Of a stretch of DNA of 64,000 nucleotides, positions 1 through 13,339 are shown piece after piece. Each line of letters begins with the position of its first letter. The stretch's first letter is position 1. The DNA is taken from positions 42,408,001-42,472,000 of the forward strand of contig NC_043001.1 in the NCBI RefSeq assembly GCF_006345805.1, given 5' to 3'. The translations under genes and the position numbers were made by a program. This DNA is from Octopus sinensis (Eukaryota). Below the pieces are notes generated by a model. The model saw nothing but the letters and a program-made list of their open reading frames with translations. It made no database searches and had not been told where the DNA came from.

Positions 1-300
1 GTAAAGCAAGCAATGGTATAGTCTTAAGAATAAATGAAAAAAGCTAACTCTAAAAACTTATTCAGCTACTATGTGATTATAGTGTGAAGATCAAGTTTGT
101 CAAGACATTTCATTATGCTTTGCATGTAGTCTTTATTCAAATAGGTAGTAAATATAGCAAAGCTTTGGTAATGTTTGTAATGTCATGAAATTGGTATCTC
201 ATGAAGTTGAACAAATTGGTCTTAGTTAAGCGAAACAGCACTATTCTGAAATGAATACTATTATAAGTCAGTATGTTGAAAAGTCATGTAATAAGTATAT

Positions 301-522
301 ATTTCTTTACTACCCACAAGGAGCTAAACACAGAGGGGACAAACAAGGACAGACAAATGGATTAAGTTGATTACATCGACTCCAGTGCGTAACTGGTACT
401 TGATTTATCGACCCCGAAAGGATGAAAGGCAAAGTCAACCTCGGTAGATTTTGAACTCAGAATGTAACGGCAGACGAAATACAGCTACGCATTTCGCTTG
501 GCGTGCTAACGTTTCTACCAGC
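301..522 (-). mobile_element. tRNA-derived SINE (family A) with intact TSD
   Basis: Reverse complement of the element at 28830-29049. Flanked by 17-bp direct repeat TCATGTAATAAGTATAT (284-300, 523-539). Confidence 0.9.
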
Positions 523-589
523 TCATGTAATAAGTATATCAGTCTCCTGGGAACTGTTCAAAAATGTGCAACTAGATGAATAGCCACTG

Positions 590-1050
590 TCAGGCATCTA
601 TTTTACTGTGAACATCCTGCTTTCCTGGGCATGGATACATTAAAGCTCCAATGCCTGGCAACCCACAAGATTATCCACCAGCAATCTTGGGTACATTTTT
701 GAATTCCATATATCTAACACTCATGGATATGCTTACAAAAGCAATAAAACAATACAGCACCCATGACTTTCAGAAAATTTTTACATGCTCACAATTGATG
801 AAGCATGGAATAAATTACCTGCATCAGTTGTTAGCTGTCAAGACACTACATCCTTCAAAACTTCCATGTTTCCTGAACTTCATCAACAGTACACTTGATG
901 CCTGTCCCCTACCCGCCTGTTTTTTTTTTAAGACTTATTCACAGTTCACTTCCTGTGTATATTCTATGTACTGTTCATGCAATTTTGGTCACTTCCTCCA
1001 ATGTAGTGTACCTGAGCACTGTATACAAGTTCATCATCATCATCATTATT
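590..1050 (+). mobile_element. CR1-like LINE 3' fragment
   Basis: Frameshifted remnant reading ...GMDTLKLQCLA...EAWNKLPASVVSCQDTTSFKTSMFPE..., homologous to 35168-35640; ends in a (CAT/TAT)n tail. Confidence 0.8.
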
Positions 1051-4000
1051 ATAAAACAATGGTTTTGTCAATCATTTCCCCACATTATTCTTTTTTATTA
1101 AAGACAAGTGAATTTTTTTTGCAAGACTGGGGACTCCTGGGAGCTAATTGAAGCAGAAATTTTGCATTTTGGCATAGCGGCACACATTCTGCATGTTTCA
1201 TGCACAGGTGTCTCTTGAAAATATCCTTCAGTTATTAAGTTGTTGCATCAACTTTAGTACAATTCTTGCACGTCTGTAATGATTCTTAATCACTAGAATT
1301 TTAAAAAGTCTATGCTTTACTGAGTTAGAAATAAAACCGAAGCATGCCTATTGTTGCTACTGAGCTTACCAAAGATCAGATTGAATTTAATCGTCAAACG
1401 ATTTAATCTTGTTGCATGCATTTTCAAACAGTAATTAAAATTTCAGAGTTGTCTCCCTTCATATTGACGCGATTACATTTAATATTGGTCAGTGAACTTG
1501 TGTTTTCCTGTTCTCGCAGCAACACTAATTTCATTTCATTGAAATTTTTGTTGATCACAGTATTAAATATGTTAGCACTCATTCAACAATTCTGAAAAGA
1601 TGTCAGCTTTACTGGCAGCATTTGAATTAATTAGTATAGAGTACCAGAAATAACATATGCACTGCAGTTATATTAAACAGTACCAAAACTTAAATATCAT
1701 CACAACAAAGAACCTCATTGATAAGCCTCTACTTGAGAATATATAGGAAAATATCACATTCTTTGTGATTACTAAATTAATTTTTCGTCTTTTTTTTAAT
1801 AATAAACTTTGATGACCAAACCATCTTAATCACTGCAGATATTAATGCCTCATAAAGTCTTGATTAAAAATTTCAGTTTTGAATAGTTGCTAACTTTTCT
1901 AAGTTCAAGTATGTTGCACAATGTAACATTATTTACATGTATGCAATGTTTTCTCTATCACATTCCTCACATTCTATACTGTATTCATATAAAAACCAGT
2001 CACATAATAAGCATGCCTACATTTACCAACATCTGCAACTATAGTCCACTGTTAAACTATATCTTCCATCATGACCACATAATCACTACAGAAATTATTG
2101 TACACTTTGTTACGATATCCTAAAATATTTTCAAGACTACATTAAAGGTATTGCCTTTGCTTTATAATTTAGTTAGGGAGCAGAGGGCAGCAGACAAGAC
2201 TCTTTGCAGACTGAAGACCTGATTTGAAAATTTGCATAGAAAAAGAATCTTTTGACCCTTTGCCTATCCTCTGTATCAATTGTAATACACAACATATTTT
2301 CCATGCATCTATACATCATCTTATACATATGCCAAATTTTTTCAACCATCAGTGTAACTTGGAAATTATGAAGAGAAAGCTTTATATTACTCACAATATA
2401 TGAAACAAGGGTTAACTAAAAGCCTGAAAATGAAGCATGGATGTTTATTAAGACAAACTTATGAAAATGTTTTGGACAAGAAAAGAGTTGAAGGAACCCA
2501 AAGATCAGATGATAGTGGTGTTAAGTTCTTTTAATTGAGAAATCTCTACAATAAATAGCTAAATTAATATTAAAATATTAAGCACATTAATCTCATGTAA
2601 CTATCCTGATTTCCAAGCCTAAGTGTGTATAAACATTTCAGGTTTTTGATAATATCATTCCAGATTGTAAAAATCCCAGAAGCATTTTCAGGTATTCTAA
2701 TGTCCTCCAACAACAATAAGTTACACAATAAGGCTTGAAGTATGAATAAAATAAAGTTTGAAGTGAACAAATAAAAAAAAAAGAGATTGTCACAAAATAA
2801 TGTGAGTGAATTCTAAAGTTGAAGATCATGTTTCTTTTTTTTATGAGAAAAAACTGTAGGTATACTTTCATATTTTCTATGCCATTTCTTATAAATTCAA
2901 TGATTCTATATTTTAACAATACATCAGCGTATTGAAATCTTAGAAATATAACAGACAAATTCTTGTTGATTATAAATCATATATTTAGCTGTTGACTGGG
3001 AAAACATTTCAAAGAATATTTACAGATGCAATGTGAAAATACCAGCTTATATTCAATATATAATAGTTGATATCCAATTGTCATAAGTGTATCCATGGTT
3101 AAAAATATGAAATTCTCAATAGCTCAGCCTAGTTTAACTATGATCACAATAAAACTGACAAATATTTGAATAATAGCCATGCTGAGTCAATATGAAGAAA
3201 ATGCTGCAAAACTACTAAACCACTACTTGAAGAGAAAGTTCTCAGTGATGTCTCAGTAACTAAGTATGTTACAGGTTATTTGGCTACTCAGACTATTAAA
3301 ATGCATCCTTTGCTAACTTGAATATTATCTCTGGGACAATTTTGTTTTAATTATAAAAGTAAGACAAGTTTTTTTAACTATAAAGATTAACTGTGCAAAA
3401 AAAAAAAAAACCCTATATAAATGCCTAAAGGGGGAGAGAGAGAGAAATGGTTGTGCAGAGTTGCAGGCTTGACTGTTTGATTAAGAAATTCACTTTGCAA
3501 CCATGTAATTATATTGCATACCAACCTTACTCTTTTTTTGATAAAATTATCTCAAGAATTTATACCTATAATTCTCAATTCAGTACCTATCTAGTTCACA
3601 GTTTTATAATTGAGTTATTTGCAGCTTCTTTTGATCCCTTTAACTTTGAAACCTACAGGTTTAACATTAGAGTATGTTCTATCTATGTTTGGTTACTACT
3701 ATGAATTTAAGAGTATACTTCAGTTGTTACTAATTTCAGGAGAAACGCAAAAAATTGTAGCTTTATATAATCTATATCACTCTTTCTTAAAGTTGTTTCC
3801 TTAACTAAAGAGTTAAATGATATTTTAAACTTTACTGAATACACTCACAAATTAGTCCTTAGTTTCCATATCGCATGCTGTTTTGTGTACTCTTTATTTT
3901 CTTTGAGCATTTACTTTAACCCAAACCATTTCAGGTCTTCCAAAGCCAACTTTTACTATGTCCTTTACAAAACTTTTCATGACCACATCATCATCTTTTA

Positions 4001-4884
4001 TCGGTCAGAACACCCCCAAATTTATTTCTAGTAGCTCAAAATCAAATGCTATGTGCTAACAAATAAATAATACCTGTTCTAAATAACGAGGGCTGATATT
4101 AAGGAAATTAAAATTATTTATGAAAGCTAAGTACATCTTAAGATTGGTTATTTCATAGATTTTATTTGAAATCATTTAAATTATTTCTAAACTTTAGTAT
4201 ATTTTACTTTTCTAAACCGTTTCTTTTACAGCAAATTATAAGAGGTACATTTGCTTGAGGTACATTGATAAAAAATAAAATCTATATGAATCCTAAAAAA
4301 AATCATTAAATATGATGTGACAACACCATAATGTAATGTAAGTAGTTGTATAAATTTTAATGTGATGGAAAAATGCTGAGCCAACTAGTTCCTTGGGCAA
4401 TAAGTGCATAATCATTTTCTTTATTCAAGAGCACATGCATTACACAATTACGCACACACACGCATTCGAAATAGCAGCAATATGATTTTATGATTACTGC
4501 AATACATACAGTATAGATATAAAATACATTGGAATCCCATTAGCTCGGTGGTATCTCCCTACTTTAAATTAATTAGAATATATAATTACTTTAAAACCAA
4601 ATTCAAATGAAGATTCCATCAACCCTTACCGAAATTAAATGTCATAGAAAATAAATTAGAAACGAAGAAGAAATAAGGGGCGCTTGAAGAGGAAAGGAAA
4701 TTGTCATTGAAGCCAGACTACATTTTAAATTTGAATCTGAAAAATATAATGAATAAAAATTTATTTAGATGATATACCATTAAATGTAGTTAGATACTTT
4801 TTCTAAATACGAAGTCTCAAGAAATTAAAGTACTTTTTACGATTTCTCTTCGAATATAGTCGATCACAAGTACACACATACCAT

Positions 4885-4904
4885 ATGACGTAAGTTTACG
4901 TCAT
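4885..4904. promoter_or_regulatory. Paired inverted CRE/ATF-like bZIP sites
   Basis: ATGACGTAA-GT-TTACGTCAT: perfect 9-bp inverted repeat, each half a TGACGT-containing bZIP-type site, 2.2 kb upstream of the ATG. Confidence 0.4.
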
Positions 4905-7119
4905 CATTATATGTGTACGAGATCATCCGAGGTTTTACAAGACTGAGTAAAAAAAAAAAAAACTTCGGTCATTTCCGACATAAGAATAGATAATAGTTTA
5001 TTTCTTTTAAATACTGTAATGAGTATTGCAATTGATTTTTTAATGAATATCTATAAGCATATAAACATATATGCTGAAAATACTTTAGGTTTTATGAATC
5101 AATAGATCAGGTTTCGTAGCATGAGACTACTATAAGATAGTTATATAAACTTGGATCAAGTAACAATAAAACGAAACGTGTATGCGAAACGAAGATTAAA
5201 AGAAACATAAAAATTTTACAATCAGGTCTTTAGATGTATTCTCTTATATTTTTATTCAAAAATATATATATATGTAAAAATAAATAAAATGATTTATTAT
5301 GCTACGGAACGAGAATTTTTCCTATTTAATTGTTACTATACTCAATCCCTACTATACTTTTATAGCAACCTAGCTAAATCACGAAGTGTTTCGCCCTACA
5401 CTTTTTTCCGTGTTGCTGAATTATTTCATTGGTAGTCATCAGTTGAATGCTTGTATTCTCAGTATACTTGCTGTGAAATTGTATCATTGTGTAACAGTTT
5501 TTTACGGTTTTATTTGACATTTGCTGTTGTCATGTTAATGCCAATGATATACTTCTAAAGCCTGGAGAAATTTCAAAGAAATCAAAGGGACGTGGAAGCT
5601 AGATATTTATCAATGGCGTAAAGGGCTATGACTTGATTACTTGACTTCGTTACTTGTGTGTGTGTGTGTGAGAGAGAGTGTGTTTCATTTACCTGAGATA
5701 TAATTTATGCTTTATTCAGCCACTTTTTGAAAGTGAAAAACCACAACCAACAAAAAGCAACAGCGAAATAACTGGAAGATCACAGGAGGAAGGAACGGAA
5801 TTACGAAAACCTTTGAATAGTGTTAACTTTGCAGTACATGGTGGAAACTAATCCATATCAGAGACCCTCTGTACACTGGTCTCTCACAGGTGCATATGTA
5901 CATGTATATATATATGAATTCAAATCGACAATTTTACTTTACAAACGGATTGATACTTCGGGAGATAGATATATTTGAAAGACCACGATGTAAATCCAAT
6001 GTGGAAACAAAAGACCATATCTGATCAAGATTTAAATGGAGATCATCTAGTCCTACCAAGACTGACAAAGTGGAATTATTCGCAGCATTAGTTTTTGACT
6101 CAAAGCATAAAATAACATCTAGTTCGAAGAAAAAGGACAAGTACAAAATGTATTTTTGTATATAATTCAGTTTGATGGTATGTGAAAATTTGATCAAACA
6201 TTTCCGCACATTTCCGTTTCGAAGTTGTCTTTCATTATAAACTACTGACATTATTTATTTCGTTAAATTATCTGATTTTCATGTTTTATTTAAATTGTGT
6301 GTATTTTTAAATATATGCAAACATCATATCTTCTGTCTCATGCTTTTTGTAAAATACAAGGTCTAGTTTTGCTTGACCAGATGTCTGCATACCTAGGGTA
6401 CCATACATGTGTCTTTCGTTCACACGAAGAAACGTTACAGTTGCCGTAAATTACACGCCGTATACTTATTGCTGAAAAAAAAAAAAGAAAAAAAAGACTT
6501 TCCTTCCATTCTTGAAACATTTGTTTCGTGCATTCATTTTCTTCAACAGCTTAAAGTTAAAATATACCACTTAACTAAATACAGTCTGTGTGTAAAGGAT
6601 CGGATTCGTTTCTTGAAAAGGGTTTGAGTGTCAAATCATCTCTGCAAGATCACAAGACGAACTTTGGAAATTCTATTACCTAAAAAATCTGACACAATAT
6701 TCATCTGATCAAGGATCTGTGTAGATTTTATTATCTGTTAAAGATACATATATATATATATATATATATATCGAAGGAGTGGCCTAAAAGCTCTGCGTTC
6801 TGAATGAGAAGGTGAACATTATGACTGCATCGTTATAAGGAGGGAGATCTGAATGTCAGACTCCAGAATCAGAGATCGTTGAAAGATCACTAGATTTTAA
6901 GTACTGTGCATCGTTTTAGCGAATTTTGCCCACCGGAGTATATATATTGCTATATATATATATATATTGCTATATATATATATATATCTAATTTTTCTTT
7001 CTACCTTTCCATCTATGTAACAATTTTAAAAAATTGTCCTAAAGGATTTTGAAATCCTCTCAATTTGAGGTTGAATCAGTGATCCAAGGGGGAAACAAGT
7101 ACCTGTGGATGCATTCATT

Positions 7120-7213
7120 ATGAGTGGGCGCCCCAGGACGACATCGTTCGCGGAAGGAGGCAAAGCCGGCGGTGGCCAGGATTCCCCTTTCTACCGATCC
7201 ATGCGGACCATAA
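7120..7213 (+). CDS. GSK3B: Glycogen synthase kinase-3 beta, coding exon 1
   Basis: ATG at 7120 translates MSGRPRTTSFAEGGKAGGGQDSPFYRSMRTI; the first 12 residues match the GSK3-beta N-terminus with the RxRxxS9 site. In-frame upstream TGA at 7072-7074. Ends with one extra A before donor GTAAGT (7214-7219), i.e. phase 1. Confidence 0.96.
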
Positions 7214-7954
7214 GTAAGTTAATTTTTTTAAAAAAAGTAACTTTTTTTATTCCCTGCATTTCTTACCGTTTTTTGGCTTTATTGACAGTTGTTTGCATGT
7301 ATGTTGGTTTTTTTTTTGGTAACTAGTGTGTTACATTAGTAACTGGGTCACCCTTGAGGATGCTGCTAACATGGCGTTGACCACTCCGACACCGTTTTAT
7401 CATATCATTATTATTCGAGTCATTTTCTTTTCATCATTAAACTTATTTTCAATTTATTGAAGTTTTAAATTTACTCAGACTTAACGCAAGTTATTATAAA
7501 ATTTTCAACCTCAAAGGAGGGTCAAGTTCAATTTGAATTTTTTTGTAACGTCTTTTAAATGATTTTTTTCCATTCTTCAGCGTTTATTTCATCTGTAACA
7601 GGTTGGATTTTTTCGACAGGTGCGTTTATCCACCATTCTCTTCTTTTAAACTGTAGATAGATCTTATCCGATTTAATGAAAATCAGAAGATAACTATTAA
7701 ATGAATTTAACTTCGCAGGAGCCATGTCTTTGACACTAACAAAATTTACCATTCCATTTAAAGACACCATTAAACTTTAACCTATCACCGGGCGAATTGT
7801 CATTCAACTTCCTGTCCTTTTTAGCTATGAAAGATTTGAGAAATTTTCTCTAGTTTTGATTTTGTTTGTAACTTGACAATCAATAGATGATGTCAATAAT
7901 GTTTTAAATTTTGGTAAATTAGATGTAAGTTTTTCACTCTTCAGAGATCGTATA

Positions 7955-7988
<34 letters not shown>

Positions 7989-8460
7989 GAGGTAATAGTG
8001 TTGTGAGGCGCTAATTTTTATGAGGAAAAAATCATTAATATTGTTATCGAGATGCCGTCTTGGTGCAGTCGTAGTTCCCCGCGCACCGATTCTGCGCCAT
8101 AAGTTTCAATTTTCTGTTAGAAGCGGAAGGTATGAGCATCACAACTTACCATTCCCATATCTTAAGGATTTCTTGTCTAATTGTTATTAAAAGCATATGT
8201 GGTGATGTTGAGGTTATCACATTAGATCCTTTATATTATCCAGATTGTATTTCTACGTTCAGTTTTCGCTGAGGTCAGCTCTGCCTTTTAAATACCGGGA
8301 TTGATGAGGTAATTACCAATAATATGCATATAAGATTCTGAATCGGATATAAATCAGTTCCTTTATAAAAAGGATATTGCGAATAAATTATTCCCGTCGA
8401 TCTTTTGATCTCAAAATGTCAACGAAACGTCTTCTGAACATTTAATAAATAAATAAATAA

Positions 8461-8522
<62 letters not shown>

Positions 8523-9882
8523 GTGTGTGTGGTGTTTTAACTTCCAATCAAAGTTAGGTATATGTATTATCCATAAGTACAGTTTTTGTTTCCAACTATC
8601 TGTAATCTTTATTGCTCTTACATCACATCTAATTACCTCACTTTGAGACATTTTCTTTGACTGCTTCCATATATATGTATATATATATATATATATATAA
8701 TGTGATAGGTTTTCTGGTCTTTCTGAAGACATATTTTTTAATCTTCATATAGTTTTAAGTTCCATTTACTCTGTCTTCTAAAATTGTTTTGTAATGGGAA
8801 AGAATTAACTATTAACGGGTTCTTTTCCCTTTCTAATGTGAACATATTTACTGAGATACTGTATTTAGTCATTCTTCTCATATCTCTTGTCCTAGATGAA
8901 ATAGGGAGTCAAAAGCAATGGTTTAAATATCATTTGTAAGGATGCTGGAAATTAAAACGGCTGTTTAATGGTTTTGCATTTTGTATTCAGTTTTAGTTTC
9001 TTTGACAGAATGTTACATGTATTTGTCTTCAAAATGTTTATTAATGTAACATGATTTAAGCCATTCCATAGGTGTCATCTAATGAAATTTAAATAAGCTA
9101 TACAAAGTTCAGTCTTGATATCAAAGAGATATCTGTTCTTCCCCTTCTGCTGTTTAGCATGTTCAAAATAGTGCATCTATCATTAGAACATCCTTCTGTA
9201 AAAACTAAGGAATAAGCTGCCCATCGTGTTACATCCTGCCTCCTTCACATGGTTGTCGTTTGAGAGCAGCTATTTCTTAGATAATTTAAGTTTTTAAGTT
9301 ATTGATAAACATACATACACTTCGTCTTTCTTAGATATAATGCATACTTTGAACAATTCCATTTTGTGTTGTATAAAATGTCAAATCAAAAGAGCTATTG
9401 AATTCCCCTGATTTCGGAACCAACATATATCTGTTTTCTAAATTCCTGACAAGCTTAGGATGTAATGTGCAAAAAAAGAAAAAAACCCTTTTAAAGAAGC
9501 TTATAGATTATTGCAAACCTTAATATTCTAATTGAATAATCTAATTGTATATAAAATAACAGATGCATTGATGATTACATTTAACTTAATGGTTGTGATA
9601 TACTGAGTTCCAAATCGTTTTCCTTGAAGAAGATACCAGTTTTAATCAGTACACTAAAGTGTAACAAAGTATTAATTAGGAATACAATGTTTGCAATGAT
9701 GATTTAATTGTATCACCATAATACTAAAAAGTTCAGAACCAATCATGAATGAAACATAAGTTGTCAGTCCTTCCTAGGAGAGACTGATACCTTAATTATT
9801 TTGCCAACTGTGGATTCATCATTATATTTAACTCATAGTAATTATATTCAACAACATTGCCCTATTACATAGGACATTATTT

Positions 9883-10006
9883 GGCAATCCTTCGACATCA
9901 TTCACCCTCACAATCTTCCCTCATGACATAGATAAAGGGGCTAGGCTGAAAAAGAGGATGAATGACATCGTCTCTTTATACTATATACCAATACCGAAGG
10001 ATTGCC
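9883..10006. mobile_element. Small decayed MITE-like element
   Basis: 12-bp inverted repeat GGCAATCCTTCG / CGAAGGATTGCC plus a second imperfect internal inverted pair. Confidence 0.4.
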
Positions 10007-11279
10007 CATTATTTTGTTTGCTTGATACTCTTGAGTATAATGAGAGTCAGCCAACTGCAAAATGCCTGTTTTTATTGCACATTAAAATTGTATGAAATTA
10101 CTGAACCACCCAGAATATAAAAGAAAAGCCTCACAGGAATCTTTAAAAAAAACCTAATTTTGATTCAAGTGCAAAAGTGCAATTTTCTTTAAAATGTAGA
10201 CCATGTAAAGGTTTATTTATTGACCTTATTCATAGATCCCAAATGTCAGTTGTAAATTTCTCTAAAATTTCACTTTGCGTTCTGTTGGCTTTTGTTTCTT
10301 TGGTGATATTTGAGGACATGGAAAAGCTATTGTAATTAGTCCCCTTAGATATGATTTGTTTTAATCCATTGCTTTTTTCCTAATTTCTCTGAAGCCAATT
10401 TAATTTTTCCTTTTACAACAATTCTCTGTGCTAAAACAACTTAAAAGCCTTTTGACCGTTGCTAATTTTTCTTTTGATTGAATTTATAACAATATTTAAC
10501 TACTATAAATTCTGTTAAATAATAGAATACAACACTTTACCTCAGGATGCATCTATGTTTGTTTTTGTTTTTTTCATGTTACATCAAGATTTATCAATGA
10601 TATTAAAGTAACAATTAATTGTTATACATTGTTATAATACATTTAAAGAATAACAGTTTAATGCTAAAGAAACAATGTGGCATTGCTCAAAACCGTAAAT
10701 TTCAGTGCAGAAATTATTTCACTAGAAGTGTAACTGTAATTTATGACATAGGCTGATTGTGATTAAATGCAGCTAAACTTTTATAGAATTACTTGAGGTA
10801 TAAACTGATATTTGACTGTTATTACTTTAACTCTGATCATTGAACTATTAATGCTGTTTTTAATCATTCCTTTTCCACAAATTGCAATTCATTATATTGT
10901 AGTTCAAAAAGTTATATACATTCCCCATTAAAAGTGTTTTAATTTTTATTTACATCAGATTCTCATGCACTTTACAATATATAACAGACTTTGCTAGTCT
11001 TTGATGCATAACCTTTGAGTTTCAAATATCAGGTATAGTTGTGTAGTTTATTAGATTGCTTCTGAACATATGATTTTGAATTCAGTCCCTCTACATGATA
11101 CCTGAGGCAAATGTCTTCTAGTATAGTACTGTGCCAACTGAAGTTGTGAGAGAATTTAGTAGATGAAAATTGAAAGAAGCCTGTTTTGTGTCCTCTTGTC
11201 TGAGCATTGTGTAATAGTTGTAAAACAAGTGTCATCATCATACAGTTGGTGTCTTTCATGTCCAGTCTTCCATGAACAT

Positions 11280-11410
11280 ATGTCCAGTGATGGGGAAATA
11301 TTGCCTTACGTGGAAACAGGTGAGGATTGGTGACAGGAAGGGCACCCTGTTGTAGAAAACCTGTTTCAACAAATTCATCTGACCCACATAAGCAATCAAA
11401 AGTTAACAAT
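11280..11410 (+). mobile_element. SINE/RTE-tail-related repeat fragment (family C)
   Basis: GGAAATATT...GGAAACAGGTGAGGATTGGTGACAGGAAGGGCA motif, also at 39080-39235 and reversed at 23700-23900 and 27295-27420. Confidence 0.6.
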
Positions 11411-11483
11411 CATATATGTAATATCTATGGTGCAATAGTGGTGAACAGTGAGAATGTGAGATCAACACCAAAATTTTGTAGAG

Positions 11484-11684
11484 AAATATATTCTTTATTT
11501 GTGGATGGACAGTGCCACCATTGATTTCATGCAAAAAGAAATCCCCCTCCATTTTAGATAAAGCTAACCATATCCAAAATGAAGACAAATTACAAACATT
11601 TTTAAGTGTAACCCTTGAAAATGTTGAGTTTTTTCAGATGAAACTAATGATAGCACTGTTGATCCACAAATAAAGAATATATTT
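11484..11684. repeat. 47-bp inverted repeat pair with 107-bp spacer (MITE-like)
   Basis: 11484-11530 versus 11638-11684, imperfect reverse complements. Confidence 0.7.
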
Positions 11685-11699
11685 ATATATATATATATT

Positions 11700-12210
11700 T
11701 GTTTTAAGCATCTCAGCTGCAATTCTTGACAACCCAGGGGTTTTCTTTGTCTTCACACCCTTAATTGCCTTATCTGTCTTACTATTGTCTGCTAGGATAG
11801 CTGGTCCTTCTGTTGGATCCATATTAGGAAGGAAGACTCACTTTCTCCTATGCATCTTTTCAGAATTACTTAGTGCAAGTGTACCTTTATCCATCCATAT
11901 GTGCTAATCTCCAACATTTTGATTTTCTCTGATACATTTCCTTGCAGTTTGGAACACCTCATGTCTCTGGTCCTCATGCTGTAGAACATTGACAAACCTC
12001 TTACTTTCTGCTGCTCCCCTTGATAAATAAGCCTGTTACCTAACTTCTCTTAAGGCTATTTGGTATATTTCTCTCTTTTCCCATTTTTCAAATTTTTTCA
12101 AGCCTGTCTCTTTTATGGCTCTGTTTATCCCACTGTTTTACTACCATGTCATCCTTAGTCTGGCTGGAACTTTCCACCAACCACAAATATAGTCAGTATC
12201 CCACAGTAGG
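11700..12210 (-). mobile_element. RTE LINE fragment (EN-RT linker)
   Basis: Minus-strand peptide EGPAILADNSKTDKAIKGVKTKKTPGLSRIAAEMLKT resembles the RTE K.GKAPG..GI.AEMLK motif. Confidence 0.7.
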
Positions 12211-12418
12211 TTGACCTGTAAAAACTTTCATTTTTCCTTGATGTTATATATCTATATCTCCTCTTCATCAACTACTTCAACTCTAAATTTCTGATATGTA
12301 TATATGTATAAAAATGTGTATATATGTGTGTGTGTGTATATATATACATAGCTAAAAATCACACAACATGAGTAAAATTTGAGGCAAAGGGAAAACATAC
12401 AAAATATACCATACAGAA

Positions 12419-12568
12419 CAAGGCTGGTCCTAGAGTTGCTGGTGCTCTGGGCAAGCTGTACTTTGGTGTGTCATGGAAATCTTGTCTTTGTCATGCCCTC
12501 CTTGGTGCCCCCTAGGACATTGTGCCCAGGGCTACTGCCTGAATTGCCAATACCTTGAACCAGCCCTG
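12419..12568. mobile_element. hAT-type MITE, 150 bp
   Basis: Imperfect TIRs CAAGGCTGGTCCTAG / CAGGGCTGGTTCAAG with a perfect 8-bp TSD ATACAGAA (12411-12418, 12569-12576). Confidence 0.85.
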
Positions 12569-12891
12569 ATACAGAATCAGACAGGTGAAAGCATATGTCT
12601 GAAAATCATAAAAATATAAGGCAAAAAGCAACAAAGAAGTGTACAATGAAGATTAATTTGCCAACAGAGAAAACAGAAGAGAATCTGACATTTTGAGTGA
12701 TATCCTTTATCAAAGAGAAGAAAAAGAATCAGGAAGCAGGCGAAAGAGAAACGATATTTATCAAAATTAACATTCATTCTCATAGCAGGTTTCATTCTAC
12801 ACATCATGCTTCCAGAATCTCAATTTTGCCAACATTTATGGGTCTTCTTTAGCACCACATATCACCAGTTGTCCCAGTCCTTTGTCTTTTA

Positions 12892-12897
<6 letters not shown>

Positions 12898-12966
<69 letters not shown>
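12898..12966. repeat. (TA)n microsatellite; similar tracts near 6750, 8465, 13190, 18025, 21060, 48755, 63560
   Basis: Direct reading of the sequence. Confidence 0.95.
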
Positions 12967-12969
<3 letters not shown>

Positions 12970-13177
12970 TTATCTTTTACTTATTTCAGTCATTTGACTG
13001 CAGCCAATGCTGAGGCACCACCTTGAATGGTTTTAGTAGAGCAAATTGACCACCAAGACTTAGTTTTCAACCTAGTACTTATTCTATCAGTCTCTTGTCA
13101 AACCACTGAATTACAGGGATGTAAATGCATTGACACCAATTGTCAGTTGATGGTGGGGGACAAACACAGACACAAAG

Positions 13178-13238
<61 letters not shown>

Positions 13239-13330
13239 GTTTCTTTCAGTTTCTGTCTACCATAACCGTTCACAAAGTTTTGTTTTTGAAATTTCTGCGA
13301 TAATACTGGTACCAAGATGTACTGGGCCCT
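12970..13330 (-). mobile_element. tRNA-derived SINE (family B) with internal (TA/CA)n
   Basis: Reverse-complement homologue of 60705-61085. Confidence 0.75.
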
Positions 13331-13339
13331 AAGCCTTAC

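Larger units (their letters stand above)
4830..8450 (+). promoter_or_regulatory. Putative GSK3-beta promoter/5' UTR region (CpG-retaining, largely repeat-poor)
   Basis: CpG dinucleotides are visibly frequent here and scarce in most of the intron; the region surrounds the first coding exon. TSS not identifiable. Confidence 0.5.

Noticed and set aside
651-1151. 166-aa ORF in the ORF track
   Set aside because: Out-of-frame reading of a decayed CR1-like LINE 3' end; the LINE peptide is in other frames.
1887-3804. Several 60-106 aa ORFs upstream of the gene, and the many IYIYIY/HTHTHT ORFs elsewhere
   Set aside because: No recognisable domain, low-complexity or microsatellite-derived, no supporting splice structure.
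5999-6091. 30-codon ATG ORF upstream of the GSK3 start (possible uORF) and a possible donor near 6178
   Set aside because: TSS and 5' UTR exon structure are unknown; ORFs of this size arise by chance.
7214-7326. ORF-track extension of exon 1 (SKLIFLKK...)
   Set aside because: Read-through past the GTAAGT donor; homology to GSK3 resumes only at 57110.
7550-7580. Minus-strand CTGAAGA followed by a weak stem
   Set aside because: Followed by AAAA rather than GAAA. Other CTGANGA hits (~2210, 5455, 23048, 29713, 36328) also lack a pairable stem II.
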